Made by a program: the position numbers and the translations under genes
Shown: in pieces, positions 1 through 8,414 of the stretch
Position numbering within the stretch: position 1 is the first letter of the stretch
Layout of the letters: every line of letters begins with the position of its first letter
Origin: Lachnospiraceae bacterium
Lineage (GTDB): Bacteria > Bacillota > Clostridia > Lachnospirales > Lachnospiraceae
Direction of reading: 5' to 3'
Assembly (NCBI GenBank): GCA_041596215.1
Contig: JBFHIZ010000001.1
Span: 6,030-70,029, forward strand
DNA length: 64,000 bases
Notes under the pieces: generated by a model
Told to the model about the DNA's origin: nothing
Seen by the model: the letters and a program-made list of their open reading frames with translations, nothing else
Database searches by the model: none

Positions 1-1
1 A

Positions 2-1135
2 GGAGAGAAAATAAATTTAGTTATATCACATCAGAAAAAGACATATTCTTTTTTTGGAGACGTCGTATCTCTAGCTAAAAATCAACCTTTGAATAATCAA
101 AAAATCATCAAACAATTAAATAAAACAACGGATACAAATTTTTCGTTTACCAACATTAACATACATACCGATTTTCGTAGTTTTCTTCCGATATCTAGTT
201 TAAATGAAATTCGAAGAACAGCATTACAAGAAATAGAAGAAGACTTGCTATTACCAACAAGACAAAAAGATTATAGAAAACCTAAACAACTAGTAAATTC
301 ACATAATCATGGATCTAAAATAAATATAACAAATAATACACATTCTTATAGTATTTTAATTTCTAACTTTCAACAATTAAAACTTGCCGTTTCTTATTCA
401 CCAGAACGTATTTATATTCCTATTTCACTTTTTGAACAAGAACAAGAAAACATAGAGAATTTACTATCAAATATGTCGACTATTGATTTCTATCTTGCAT
501 TACCGCATGTTTTTAGACAAAGTGATTTTCAAAAGAAAGAAACACTTTGGAAAACAATATTATTTGAGCCTTACATAAAAGGTGTATTGATAAGAAATCT
601 TGATGAAATTGGCTTTTTGAATGACATGCATTATTCAGGCATGAAACAATTAGATTATTTTGTATATTGTATGAACACATTTACAATTAATTTTTGGAAA
701 GAAAAGAATTATACTTGGACAAGTCCCTTAGAGTTAAATCATAAAGAATTAAATCATTTACCATTTCCAGATGAAGCTATGGTATATGGGCAAATTCCAT
801 TAATGATAAGTGCAAATTGTATTAGTAAAACACTTGGACAATGTAATATAAAACAACAAACTCATGTTTTAACAGATCGAATGCATAAAAATTTTATGGT
901 AAAAACAAATTGTATGTATTGTTATAATGTATTATATAATTGTGTTCCTTTATCCCTACATAATTATATCCATTCCTTCCATGAGAAAACACGATTAAGA
1001 TTAGAGTTTACTTTTGAAAACGAAGCATTATTTCATCAAATTTGCGATTTTTATTTACATGAGAATGTTCATGCAGAGAATCATTTTATAATTGATGAAT
1101 ATACAAATGGTCATTTTAATCGGGGTGTTGATTAA
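2..1135 (+). CDS. U32-family peptidase, C-terminal part (5' end cut by window edge)
   Basis: The frame is open from nt 2, so the listed TTG at 89 is not the real start. The Cys-rich block PLMISANC...CMYCYNVLYNCVPLSL and the terminal LRLEFTFE resemble U32 collagenase-like peptidases (motif memory only). Confidence 0.55.
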   Translation, partial: GEKINLVISHQKKTYSFFGDVVSLAKNQPLNNQKIIKQLNKTTDTNFSFTNINIHTDFRSFLPISSLNEIRRTALQEIEEDLLLPTRQKDYRKPKQLVNSHNHGSKINITNNTHSYSILISNFQQLKLAVSYSPERIYIPISLFEQEQENIENLLSNMSTIDFYLALPHVFRQSDFQKKETLWKTILFEPYIKGVLIRNLDEIGFLNDMHYSGMKQLDYFVYCMNTFTINFWKEKNYTWTSPLELNHKELNHLPFPDEAMVYGQIPLMISANCISKTLGQCNIKQQTHVLTDRMHKNFMVKTNCMYCYNVLYNCVPLSLHNYIHSFHEKTRLRLEFTFENEALFHQICDFYLHENVHAENHFIIDEYTNGHFNRGVD

Positions 1136-1170
1136 AATATTTCGTTTATAAGGAAAAAAATGTGTTTTTA

Positions 1171-1199
1171 TTGATATTTTATACATTATGTTATAAAAT
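1171..1199 (+). promoter_or_regulatory. Candidate sigma-A promoter for the CheX-like/CheY operon
   Basis: TTGATA (1171-1176), 17-nt spacer, TAAAAT (1194-1199), about 30 nt upstream of the RBS GAGGAG. Confidence 0.35.
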
Positions 1200-1230
1200 A
1201 TATATATTGTATTTCGAGAGGAGATAGTCG

Positions 1231-2124
1231 ATGTTTGATAGAATTTTTGGTAAATATTTAGTGGAATCAGGCACGTTAACAAATGAACAACTACTTTCTG
1301 TTTATAAAAAACAGGAAAATAGTCGAAGCCGTTTAGGTTTAATTGCTGTCACTGAAAAAATGATGACCATTTCTCAAGTAGAAGAGGTAAACAAACTTCA
1401 AGCTATTATGGATAAAAGATTTGGTGATATTGCAAAAACCAGTGGGTATTTAACGGAAGATCAGGTAACCAGATTATTAACGCTTCAAGGAAATCGTTAT
1501 TTAGTATTTATACAGGCTATTGTAGATAAAGGTTTTTTGCCTTTAGATACCATTAATGATATTTTATCACTATATCAAAATGAACATGGCTATACACAAA
1601 CCGACTTAGAAAACTTAAAAAGTTGTGATATCAATCGCATATTACCTTATTTTGTTGATTTAAAAAATGAAATACTTTTTGAATTGATTGGGACCTTTGT
1701 TAGAACCGTATCAAGATTGATGAATTATAATGTATATATTGATACTGCATACGAAGTACAAACTTTTTCAGCACCACAAATCAGTTATCAAATTTCTGAT
1801 GGTGATCATAGGCTTTTCGTTTGTATTGCAGCTAATGAAGAAGCTATGTTAAACAGTGCAATTAGTTTTGCAGGTAAAAAATTTGTAGAAAATCAAGAAG
1901 ATGCTTTGGACGCAAATGCAGAATTTATTAATTGTGTAAATGGTCTTTTTGCAACGAAAGTAAGTAATGATGAACATCCCATGGAATTAGATATGTATCC
2001 ACCTTTATATCATGAATCTCTATCGACGATTACTGGCGAACATATTTATGTGATTCCAATTAGCTTTGATACAATTCATTTTGATTTATTAGTTTCTATT
2101 GATACGGATATTCAAATTAAATAA
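1231..2124 (+). CDS. MshEN/T2SSE_N-like repeat domain fused to a CheX/CheC-type CheY-P phosphatase domain
   Basis: RBS GAGAGGAG precedes the ATG. Residues 5-116 form 24-residue RLGxxLLxxGhhxxxxLxxxLxxQ-like units with 5-residue spacers. The C-terminal half carries D-x3-E-x2-N-x22-P (DANAEFIN...P, nt 1909-2001). Confidence 0.6.
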   Translation: MFDRIFGKYLVESGTLTNEQLLSVYKKQENSRSRLGLIAVTEKMMTISQVEEVNKLQAIMDKRFGDIAKTSGYLTEDQVTRLLTLQGNRYLVFIQAIVDKGFLPLDTINDILSLYQNEHGYTQTDLENLKSCDINRILPYFVDLKNEILFELIGTFVRTVSRLMNYNVYIDTAYEVQTFSAPQISYQISDGDHRLFVCIAANEEAMLNSAISFAGKKFVENQEDALDANAEFINCVNGLFATKVSNDEHPMELDMYPPLYHESLSTITGEHIYVIPISFDTIHFDLLVSIDTDIQIK

Positions 2125-2139
2125 TAGGAGGAAATATTT

Positions 2140-2502
2140 ATGGCGAAAATATACATAGTTGATGATTCTCGTGTATCTAGAAAAGTATTGGCAAGTATTT
2201 TAGAAGAAGCTGGCCATACAATTTGTGGTCAAGCCGAGAATGGAAAAATTGCAATTGATAATTATATTTCATGTAAACCAGATTTGATCACTCTTGATAT
2301 TACGATGCCTGTTATGGATGGGATTGAAGCCTTGTCATTAATCCGGGAAAATGATAAAAATGTTAAAATTTTAATGGTAACTGCTGCTGGACAAAAAGGA
2401 AAAGTTGTAGATGCTGTAAAACACGGTGCAACTGAATTTATCACAAAACCATTTGAGAATGATAAAATATTAAATGCAGTAAATAAATGTTTAAATGATT
2501 AA
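2140..2502 (+). CDS. cheY: Stand-alone CheY-like response regulator receiver
   Basis: 120 aa with DD (res 8-9), phospho-acceptor Asp in LDITMP, T in MVTA and K in TKPF. RBS AGGAGG; starts 15 nt after the upstream stop. Confidence 0.85.
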   Translation: MAKIYIVDDSRVSRKVLASILEEAGHTICGQAENGKIAIDNYISCKPDLITLDITMPVMDGIEALSLIRENDKNVKILMVTAAGQKGKVVDAVKHGATEFITKPFENDKILNAVNKCLND

Positions 2503-2539
2503 AAAAAGAGATTTGACTTTATGTCAAATCTCTTTTTTT
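2501..2539. terminator. Bidirectional rho-independent terminator
   Basis: AAAAAAAGAGATTTGAC / loop TTTAT / GTCAAATCTCTTTTTTT lies between convergent stops. Confidence 0.8.
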
Positions 2540-3593
2540 ATAAAATAGAAATAATTTTCAAATCTGGTGTCTTTGATAAATCAAGAACTTCTTCTTCTAA
2601 TTTTACGAGAGGTCTAGAAAGCATTCTTTTATTAATCAATATCACATCTGCCTTCATGTCATTACTTAGTAATACTTTTCTCCCTAATTGTGCATTTGCA
2701 ATATGTTCAAGAATTGGCCATATAATCCCTGAACCATATTTTTCTACTCCAGCATCAAGAAAACTATCAATAACTTCAAAAGCATTTTTGGATTTTCGGT
2801 ATATTCTTGCTGAAGTCATAGCAGCATATGCATCAACAATCGATATATATTTAGCAAAAATATCGATATCATCGTCTTTCAAATGATTTGGATATCCAGA
2901 GCCATCGCAACGTTCATGATGCATTAACGTAGCATTAATAATATGTTGATCAAACTTTTGATTTTTCATTAATTGATATCCAATGGTTGTATGTGTTTTC
3001 ATCCAATTATATTGAAAATCCGATAATTTACCAGGAGACCAGATTAAAGAATTTGGTAACGTGATTTTCCCGATATCATAAACAAATCCACAAAGTGTTA
3101 AAATTTTAATATCTTCAGAAGAAAGAGATAACCATCCGCCAAATACATGACTGATTAATGCCGCATTTAAACAATGTGCGTAGGTTAAATCATCTTCACT
3201 TGGAACCATGTTATAAAGCATATCTAATAATTGTTCACCTGATTTTGCATATTTCGAAATATTCTTATGTATTTGTAACAAATATTCTGTATTTAAAGGT
3301 TGTTTTTGATTAATAAACTGATCCACCATATATTTATAGGCATTTAAATTATTTTTATATTCCTGTTCAAATTTATGATAATCATCATCTAAGTGCATTT
3401 TTTCAAAGTGAGTAGTAGCAAAGTCTTTGGGCTCTTTAATTAAAACGGTCATAATGGAATATCTTTCTAACTTTGCAATAGAAAGTTCATCTAAAATATC
3501 ACCTTCCTTTAAGATAAGTTTATTTTTATAATTTAAAACGTCTTCCGCTAATTCCATTCCTTTTTTTAACGCCATCGTAGCAATATGTTTCAA
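2538..3593 (-). CDS. HD-GYP domain c-di-GMP phosphodiesterase
   Basis: HHERCDGSGYP and an HD motif (YDIGK). The N-terminus MKHIATMALKKGMELAEDV is typical of HD-GYP proteins. I prefer the TTG at 3593 (AAAGGAG 7 nt upstream) over the GTG at 3602, which overlaps the RBS. Confidence 0.8.
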   Translation of the reverse strand: MKHIATMALKKGMELAEDVLNYKNKLILKEGDILDELSIAKLERYSIMTVLIKEPKDFATTHFEKMHLDDDYHKFEQEYKNNLNAYKYMVDQFINQKQPLNTEYLLQIHKNISKYAKSGEQLLDMLYNMVPSEDDLTYAHCLNAALISHVFGGWLSLSSEDIKILTLCGFVYDIGKITLPNSLIWSPGKLSDFQYNWMKTHTTIGYQLMKNQKFDQHIINATLMHHERCDGSGYPNHLKDDDIDIFAKYISIVDAYAAMTSARIYRKSKNAFEVIDSFLDAGVEKYGSGIIWPILEHIANAQLGRKVLLSNDMKADVILINKRMLSRPLVKLEEEVLDLSKTPDLKIISIL

Positions 3594-3764
3594 TTGAATC
3601 ACTCCTTTTATGAGATAATTATATCTCTATAGTTAATTATATCTAACAATATAAATATTTGTCAAACAATACTTTTCTTATAAGGTGTTTTCTTTTGTAT
3701 CGTTTTTTTCGTATTTATGTTAAAATGAAGGCAGAAGATATTTATATACCATATGAGGTTATTT

Positions 3765-4082
3765 ATGATGAAATTTTATAAAGATTTATATATTAGCAGC
3801 TCCATAAAAAAAACAAAGTTTCAAATTAAATATATTATTTCACATCATCCATTAAGAACATCTTATTATGTGATTTGTATATCCAGAAACAGTGATCAAT
3901 TAGATCTTTTTCATTCGAAATATTTAATTCAACGCTATTACAAAAAAAAACCGCCATATATTATTGGTGTTGCTAAAAACAAGCAAGATGCATTTCTTTT
4001 AGTTCAGCATATTATAGAAGATATATATAATAAAACGAATTCTGCAAATGTGAAATCTTATTTTACACAAAATAAATATTAG
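3765..4082 (+). CDS. Hypothetical protein (about 105 aa)
   Basis: ORF with GAGG 6 nt before the ATG at 3765; the listed start 3753 has no RBS. No motif recognised. Confidence 0.45.
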   Translation: MMKFYKDLYISSSIKKTKFQIKYIISHHPLRTSYYVICISRNSDQLDLFHSKYLIQRYYKKKPPYIIGVAKNKQDAFLLVQHIIEDIYNKTNSANVKSYFTQNKY

Positions 4083-4092
4083 TGAGGTAATC

Positions 4093-4923
4093 ATGTTATC
4101 AATTATACTACTCATATTAAAAATAATTGGGATAATCATTTTATCAATCATCGCAATCATATTATTCTTATTATGTGTCGTTTTATTTACTCCGATACGT
4201 TATCGGATTACATCTAATAATAAGGAGAAAATTTACGCAACGGCTTCAATTACATGGTTATTACATTTAGTTCATGTACATTTATGCTATCAAGACGGTT
4301 TTTCCTACTTTATTACTATTTTAGGAATTAAGATCTATCCACAAAAAGAAAAGCCTATTTCCAAAAAGAAGAAAAATATAAAAAAAAGGAAAATACAATC
4401 CGATTTAAAAGATTCAAAACAAAAAAATAAAATTTCAAAAGAAAAAAGTAATACATTAAAAGCCAAGAAAACTTCTTCTCGTCATCATAAACCAAAGAAA
4501 AAAGAGAAGACTACATTCACTTTTTCTAATCTTTATGATAAAATAAAGAAAAATATTTTTCTGTTTAAAAAAAATATCAACCGAATAAAAGATGAACGAA
4601 CAAAACAAGCTGTTTTATTATGTAAAAAAGAACTTTTACATTTGTTAAAAATGATTTTCCCACGTAAAATTATTGGTGAAATTCAATTAGGCATGAAAGA
4701 TCCTTCACAAACGGGTGAGTTATATGGTTTGTATTCAGCATGTTATCCTATTCATAAAGGGAAAATAAGTATGATTCCTAATTTCGAGAAAGAAATCTTC
4801 TTATATAAAATTTATATTTCTGGTCGGATAAGATTACTTACTATTTTAATGATTGGTTTAAAGATCTATTTTAATAAAGACATACAAAGACTAATTCAGA
4901 TATTTAAGAAAGAGGAGGATTAA
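4093..4923 (+). CDS. DUF2953/YtfI-like membrane protein with a Lys-rich linker
   Basis: N-terminal TM segment and a K-rich low-complexity centre. Position immediately upstream of the GerW/YtfJ gene matches ytfI-ytfJ. Confidence 0.55.
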   Translation: MLSIILLILKIIGIIILSIIAIILFLLCVVLFTPIRYRITSNNKEKIYATASITWLLHLVHVHLCYQDGFSYFITILGIKIYPQKEKPISKKKKNIKKRKIQSDLKDSKQKNKISKEKSNTLKAKKTSSRHHKPKKKEKTTFTFSNLYDKIKKNIFLFKKNINRIKDERTKQAVLLCKKELLHLLKMIFPRKIIGEIQLGMKDPSQTGELYGLYSACYPIHKGKISMIPNFEKEIFLYKIYISGRIRLLTILMIGLKIYFNKDIQRLIQIFKKEED

Positions 4924-4926
4924 AAT

Positions 4927-5325
4927 ATGGCAGATTCAACATTTAATGGAATTATGGATTCATTAATGGATGGAATGAATTCTTTATTATCTACAAAAAC
5001 CGTAGTTGGTGAAGCAACTACTTTCGGTGACACTATCATTCTACCACTAGTAGATGTTACTTTTGGTGTTGGTGTAGGTGCAAGTAGCAAAGCATCAGAT
5101 AATGGCGGCGGCGGCGGAATGGGTGGAAAAATGTCACCTAGCGCTATTTTAGTTATTAAAAATGGACAAACAAAACTAGTAAATGTAAAAAATCAAGATT
5201 CTGTTACGAAACTATTAGATATGATTCCGGATCTTGTTAATAAATTTACAGCAAAAAAAGAGGAAATGCCTTCGGATAGTGATGCTGTGAATGCTGCATT
5301 CCCAAAAGAGACGAACGAATCATAA
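4927..5325 (+). CDS. ytfJ: GerW/YtfJ family sporulation protein
   Basis: TVVGEATTFGDTIILPLVDVTFGVGVG...GGGGGMGG...PSAILVI pattern. RBS AGGAGG. Confidence 0.75.
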   Translation: MADSTFNGIMDSLMDGMNSLLSTKTVVGEATTFGDTIILPLVDVTFGVGVGASSKASDNGGGGGMGGKMSPSAILVIKNGQTKLVNVKNQDSVTKLLDMIPDLVNKFTAKKEEMPSDSDAVNAAFPKETNES

Positions 5326-5345
5326 AATCGAATCGAGGTGTATCT

Positions 5346-5903
5346 ATGTCACAACATAAATCGGTTCTTACTAAAGAACAACTATTTCAAGAAAAAGTTC
5401 TTCTTGAACAACAAAAAGACCAATTTCAATTAGAAAAAGACCAATTTTCAGATGAAAAGAAGTTGTTTTTGGAAGAAAAGAAGGACTTAGAAGAAAAAAT
5501 CAAAAAATTTAATAAAGAAAAAAAAGAATTTCTTCTAGAAATGAAAAGGTTAAATAAAGATCTTAAAAATCAAAAAGATTTTTTATCACAGGAACAGCTT
5601 GTTTTTGAAAACAAGAAAAAAATATTGGAACATGGGTTTCAAATGTTGGCAGAAGACAAAAAACGATTTGAACAAGAAATGCAAGTTAATCGAATGGTGC
5701 AAAGACGTTCTGAAGAAGAACGTGAAATTAGAGAATATGGAAGTGTACAAAATTTTTTCAATGGAGTAAATAATAATTTAACCTTAAAAAAAAGATATAA
5801 AGATCTAATTAAAATATTTCATCCAGATAATATTAGTGGTGATAATACAACCATTCAATTGATTAATGAAGAATATTCATCCTTAAGAGAAGAATTCAAA
5901 TAA
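5346..5903 (+). CDS. Coiled-coil protein with C-terminal J-domain
   Basis: E/K/Q-rich heptad-like N-terminus. C-terminus KKRYKDLIKIFHPDN carries the HPD tripeptide. Confidence 0.6.
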   Translation: MSQHKSVLTKEQLFQEKVLLEQQKDQFQLEKDQFSDEKKLFLEEKKDLEEKIKKFNKEKKEFLLEMKRLNKDLKNQKDFLSQEQLVFENKKKILEHGFQMLAEDKKRFEQEMQVNRMVQRRSEEEREIREYGSVQNFFNGVNNNLTLKKRYKDLIKIFHPDNISGDNTTIQLINEEYSSLREEFK

Positions 5904-5929
5904 AAAAACTGCCAAACGGCAGTTTTTTT
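5902..5929. terminator. Bidirectional rho-independent terminator
   Basis: A-run, ACTGCC / AAAC / GGCAGT, T-run, between the J-domain gene (+) and rpmB (-). Confidence 0.7.
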
Positions 5930-5956
5930 ATTGAAACTTGTTTATAACAAATCAGC

Positions 5957-6142
5957 CTAAGCTCTTTCAACTTTTCCAGATTTTAAACAATTTGTACATA
6001 CATGCATTTTCTTTACAGACCCGTTAACCACGCATTTTACTGTTTTAATGTTTGAATGAAAAATACGATTTGATCTTCTATGAGAATGGCTTACAGCATT
6101 ACCAAAGTGAACACCTTTTTCACAAATATCACATTTTGCCAT
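5957..6142 (-). CDS. rpmB: 50S ribosomal protein L28
   Basis: 61 aa, MAKCDICEKG...VSHSHRRSNR...VCTNCLKSGKV. RBS GGAGG. Confidence 0.9.
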   Translation of the reverse strand: MAKCDICEKGVHFGNAVSHSHRRSNRIFHSNIKTVKCVVNGSVKKMHVCTNCLKSGKVERA

Positions 6143-6316
6143 AGTAGCACCTCCTAAGTATTACATAACTTCTTTACAACGTTGTTATTTTATCAGAAAT
6201 ATTTGAAATATGCAAGTAAAAATTAATTATTTCTTTTTTTGTAAAAAAAGGTTATAATAATATAGATATTTAAATTTTCAATTTATTTTCTGATTGAAAG
6301 AATAAGGAGGAATTAT

Positions 6317-6676
6317 ATGAAGGGTTCAATGAACACCCATTTAGGGAACATCGAAATTGATAAAGAAGTCATCGAACAATATGCTGGTTCCGTTGCTGTG
6401 GAATGTATTGGCATTGTTGGTATGGCCTCTGTAAATGTTACTGAGGGTTTAGTTAGACTGTTAAAAAAAGATAAGATTACAAATGGAATATCTGCTACTG
6501 TAAATTCTGCAAATAGTTTAACTTTAGATTTCCATGTGATTATTGCATATGGAGTATCTATTCATACGGTAACAGAAAATTTAATTAGTAATGTAAAATA
6601 TAAAGTGGAAAAATTTACAGGTTTAAAAGTTAAAAAAATAAACATCTTTGTTGAAGGTGTAAGAGTAATAGACTAG
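6317..6676 (+). CDS. Asp23/Gls24 family envelope stress protein (YloU-like)
   Basis: GNIEIDKEVIEQYAGSVAVECIGIVGM pattern. Sits upstream of the DAK2 gene, as in yloU-yloV. Confidence 0.8.
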   Translation: MKGSMNTHLGNIEIDKEVIEQYAGSVAVECIGIVGMASVNVTEGLVRLLKKDKITNGISATVNSANSLTLDFHVIIAYGVSIHTVTENLISNVKYKVEKFTGLKVKKINIFVEGVRVID

Positions 6677-6687
6677 GAGGATTTATT

Positions 6688-8367
6688 ATGAATTCAAATA
6701 CATTAGATGCTAAGATGTTAGCTAAAATGATGTTAGCTGGAGCAAAAAATTTAGAACATAAAAAGGAATGGATAAACGAATTAAATGTTTTTCCAGTTCC
6801 AGATGGTGATACTGGAACGAATATGACACTTACGATTATGGCAGCTGCAAAAGAAATCTCAAAATTAGAAAGTACGAATGATATTGATATGACAAGTATT
6901 TGTAAAGCCATTTCTTCTGGTTCTTTAAGAGGAGCAAGAGGAAATTCTGGAGTTATTCTATCGCAATTGCTTAGGGGATTCACCAAAATTATTAGTGATT
7001 ATGATGAAATTTCAATTGAAATTATTGCTGAAGCAATGGAAAAAGCAGTTGAAACCGCTTACAAAGCAGTGATGAAACCAAAAGAAGGAACAATTTTAAC
7101 GGTTGCAAAAGGTGCAGCTTCAAAAGCTATAGAATTAGCAAACGCAAAAGAAACTGATTTAGCAAAATGTTTTGAAGAAATTATTACTTATGCAGATGAA
7201 GTTTTACAAAAAACACCGGATATGTTGCCCGTTTTAAAACAAGCAGGTGTTGTTGATTCTGGTGGACAAGGGTTGTTAGAGATATTAAGAGGTGCTAATG
7301 ATGCCTATTTAGGTAAAGAAATTGATTTATCCATAGAAATGGAAGTTAAACCAGTTGCATCTACTATGTCTGAAGAATTTCAAGGAGAAATTCATATTAA
7401 ATTTGGGTATTGTACAGAATTTATAATTATGACAGACCGTGTATTTAATATTCAAAATGAAGTAGAATTTAAAGATTACTTAGAATCTTTAGGCGATTCC
7501 ATTGTTGTTGTTGCAGACGATGAAATTGTAAAAGTTCACGTACATACAAATGACCCAGGACTTGCTATTCAAGAAGCCTTAAAATATGGTTCCTTATCAA
7601 ATTTAAAAATTGATAATATGCGCTTAGAACATCATGAAAAAGTTATCAAAATGGCAGAGAATAAATCTTCTCATGAGGTAAAGAATATTCATGAAGTTCC
7701 ACCGAAAAAACCTTATGGATTTATTTCTGTTAGTGTTGGTGAAGGATTAAATGAATTATTTAAAGGATTGGGAGTAGATTATATTATTGAAGGTGGCCAA
7801 ACCATGAATCCAAGTACGGAAGATATGTTAAAGGCAATTGATAAAGTAAATGCAGATACCATATTTATTTTACCAAATAATTCCAATATCATTTTAGCAG
7901 CGACACAGGCGAAATCTTTAGTACAAGATAAAAAAATTATTGTTATTCCAACAAAAAACACCCCACAAGGAATAACTGCTTTAATTAACTTTATTCCTGA
8001 TTTATCTGATGAGGAAAATGAAGCTAGCATGACAAGTGAGCTCGAGAATGTAAAAACTGGTCAAGTAACATATGCGGTTCGCGATACCAAAATTGATGAT
8101 TTTGAAATTAAACAAGGGGATTATATGGGAATCGGTGACCATTCAATGCTTTCTGTTGGAAAAGATATGCAAACAGTTGCCTATGAAATGGTAAAGAAAA
8201 TGGCAGATAGTGATATTTCATTATTCAGTATTTACTATGGAAGTGAAGTAACAGAATCAGACGCCATGATTTTAAAAGAGAAAATAGAAAAGGATTTTTC
8301 GGATTGCGATGTTGAAATTCAATATGGAGGCCAACCAATATATTATTACATTGTTTCTGCTGAATAA
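6688..8367 (+). CDS. DAK2 domain fatty-acid-kinase-like protein (YloV-like)
   Basis: LNVFPVPDGDTGTNM and RGNSGVILSQ motifs. 559 aa, upstream of recG. Confidence 0.8.
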   Translation: MNSNTLDAKMLAKMMLAGAKNLEHKKEWINELNVFPVPDGDTGTNMTLTIMAAAKEISKLESTNDIDMTSICKAISSGSLRGARGNSGVILSQLLRGFTKIISDYDEISIEIIAEAMEKAVETAYKAVMKPKEGTILTVAKGAASKAIELANAKETDLAKCFEEIITYADEVLQKTPDMLPVLKQAGVVDSGGQGLLEILRGANDAYLGKEIDLSIEMEVKPVASTMSEEFQGEIHIKFGYCTEFIIMTDRVFNIQNEVEFKDYLESLGDSIVVVADDEIVKVHVHTNDPGLAIQEALKYGSLSNLKIDNMRLEHHEKVIKMAENKSSHEVKNIHEVPPKKPYGFISVSVGEGLNELFKGLGVDYIIEGGQTMNPSTEDMLKAIDKVNADTIFILPNNSNIILAATQAKSLVQDKKIIVIPTKNTPQGITALINFIPDLSDEENEASMTSELENVKTGQVTYAVRDTKIDDFEIKQGDYMGIGDHSMLSVGKDMQTVAYEMVKKMADSDISLFSIYYGSEVTESDAMILKEKIEKDFSDCDVEIQYGGQPIYYYIVSAE

Positions 8368-8374
8368 AATTTTT

Positions 8375-8402
8375 CGCCCGGCTTATAACCGGGCGTTTTT
8401 TT
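8375..8402 (+). terminator. Rho-independent terminator
   Basis: CGCCCGG / CTTATAA / CCGGGCG followed by T7. It ends 12 nt before the recG ATG. Confidence 0.75.
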
Positions 8403-8414
8403 GGAGATAATATT

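Noticed and set aside
5103-5117. (GGC)n trinucleotide run as a possible contingency repeat
   Set aside because: It encodes the poly-Gly stretch that is a normal feature of GerW/YtfJ proteins. It is only about 4-5 units long and in frame.
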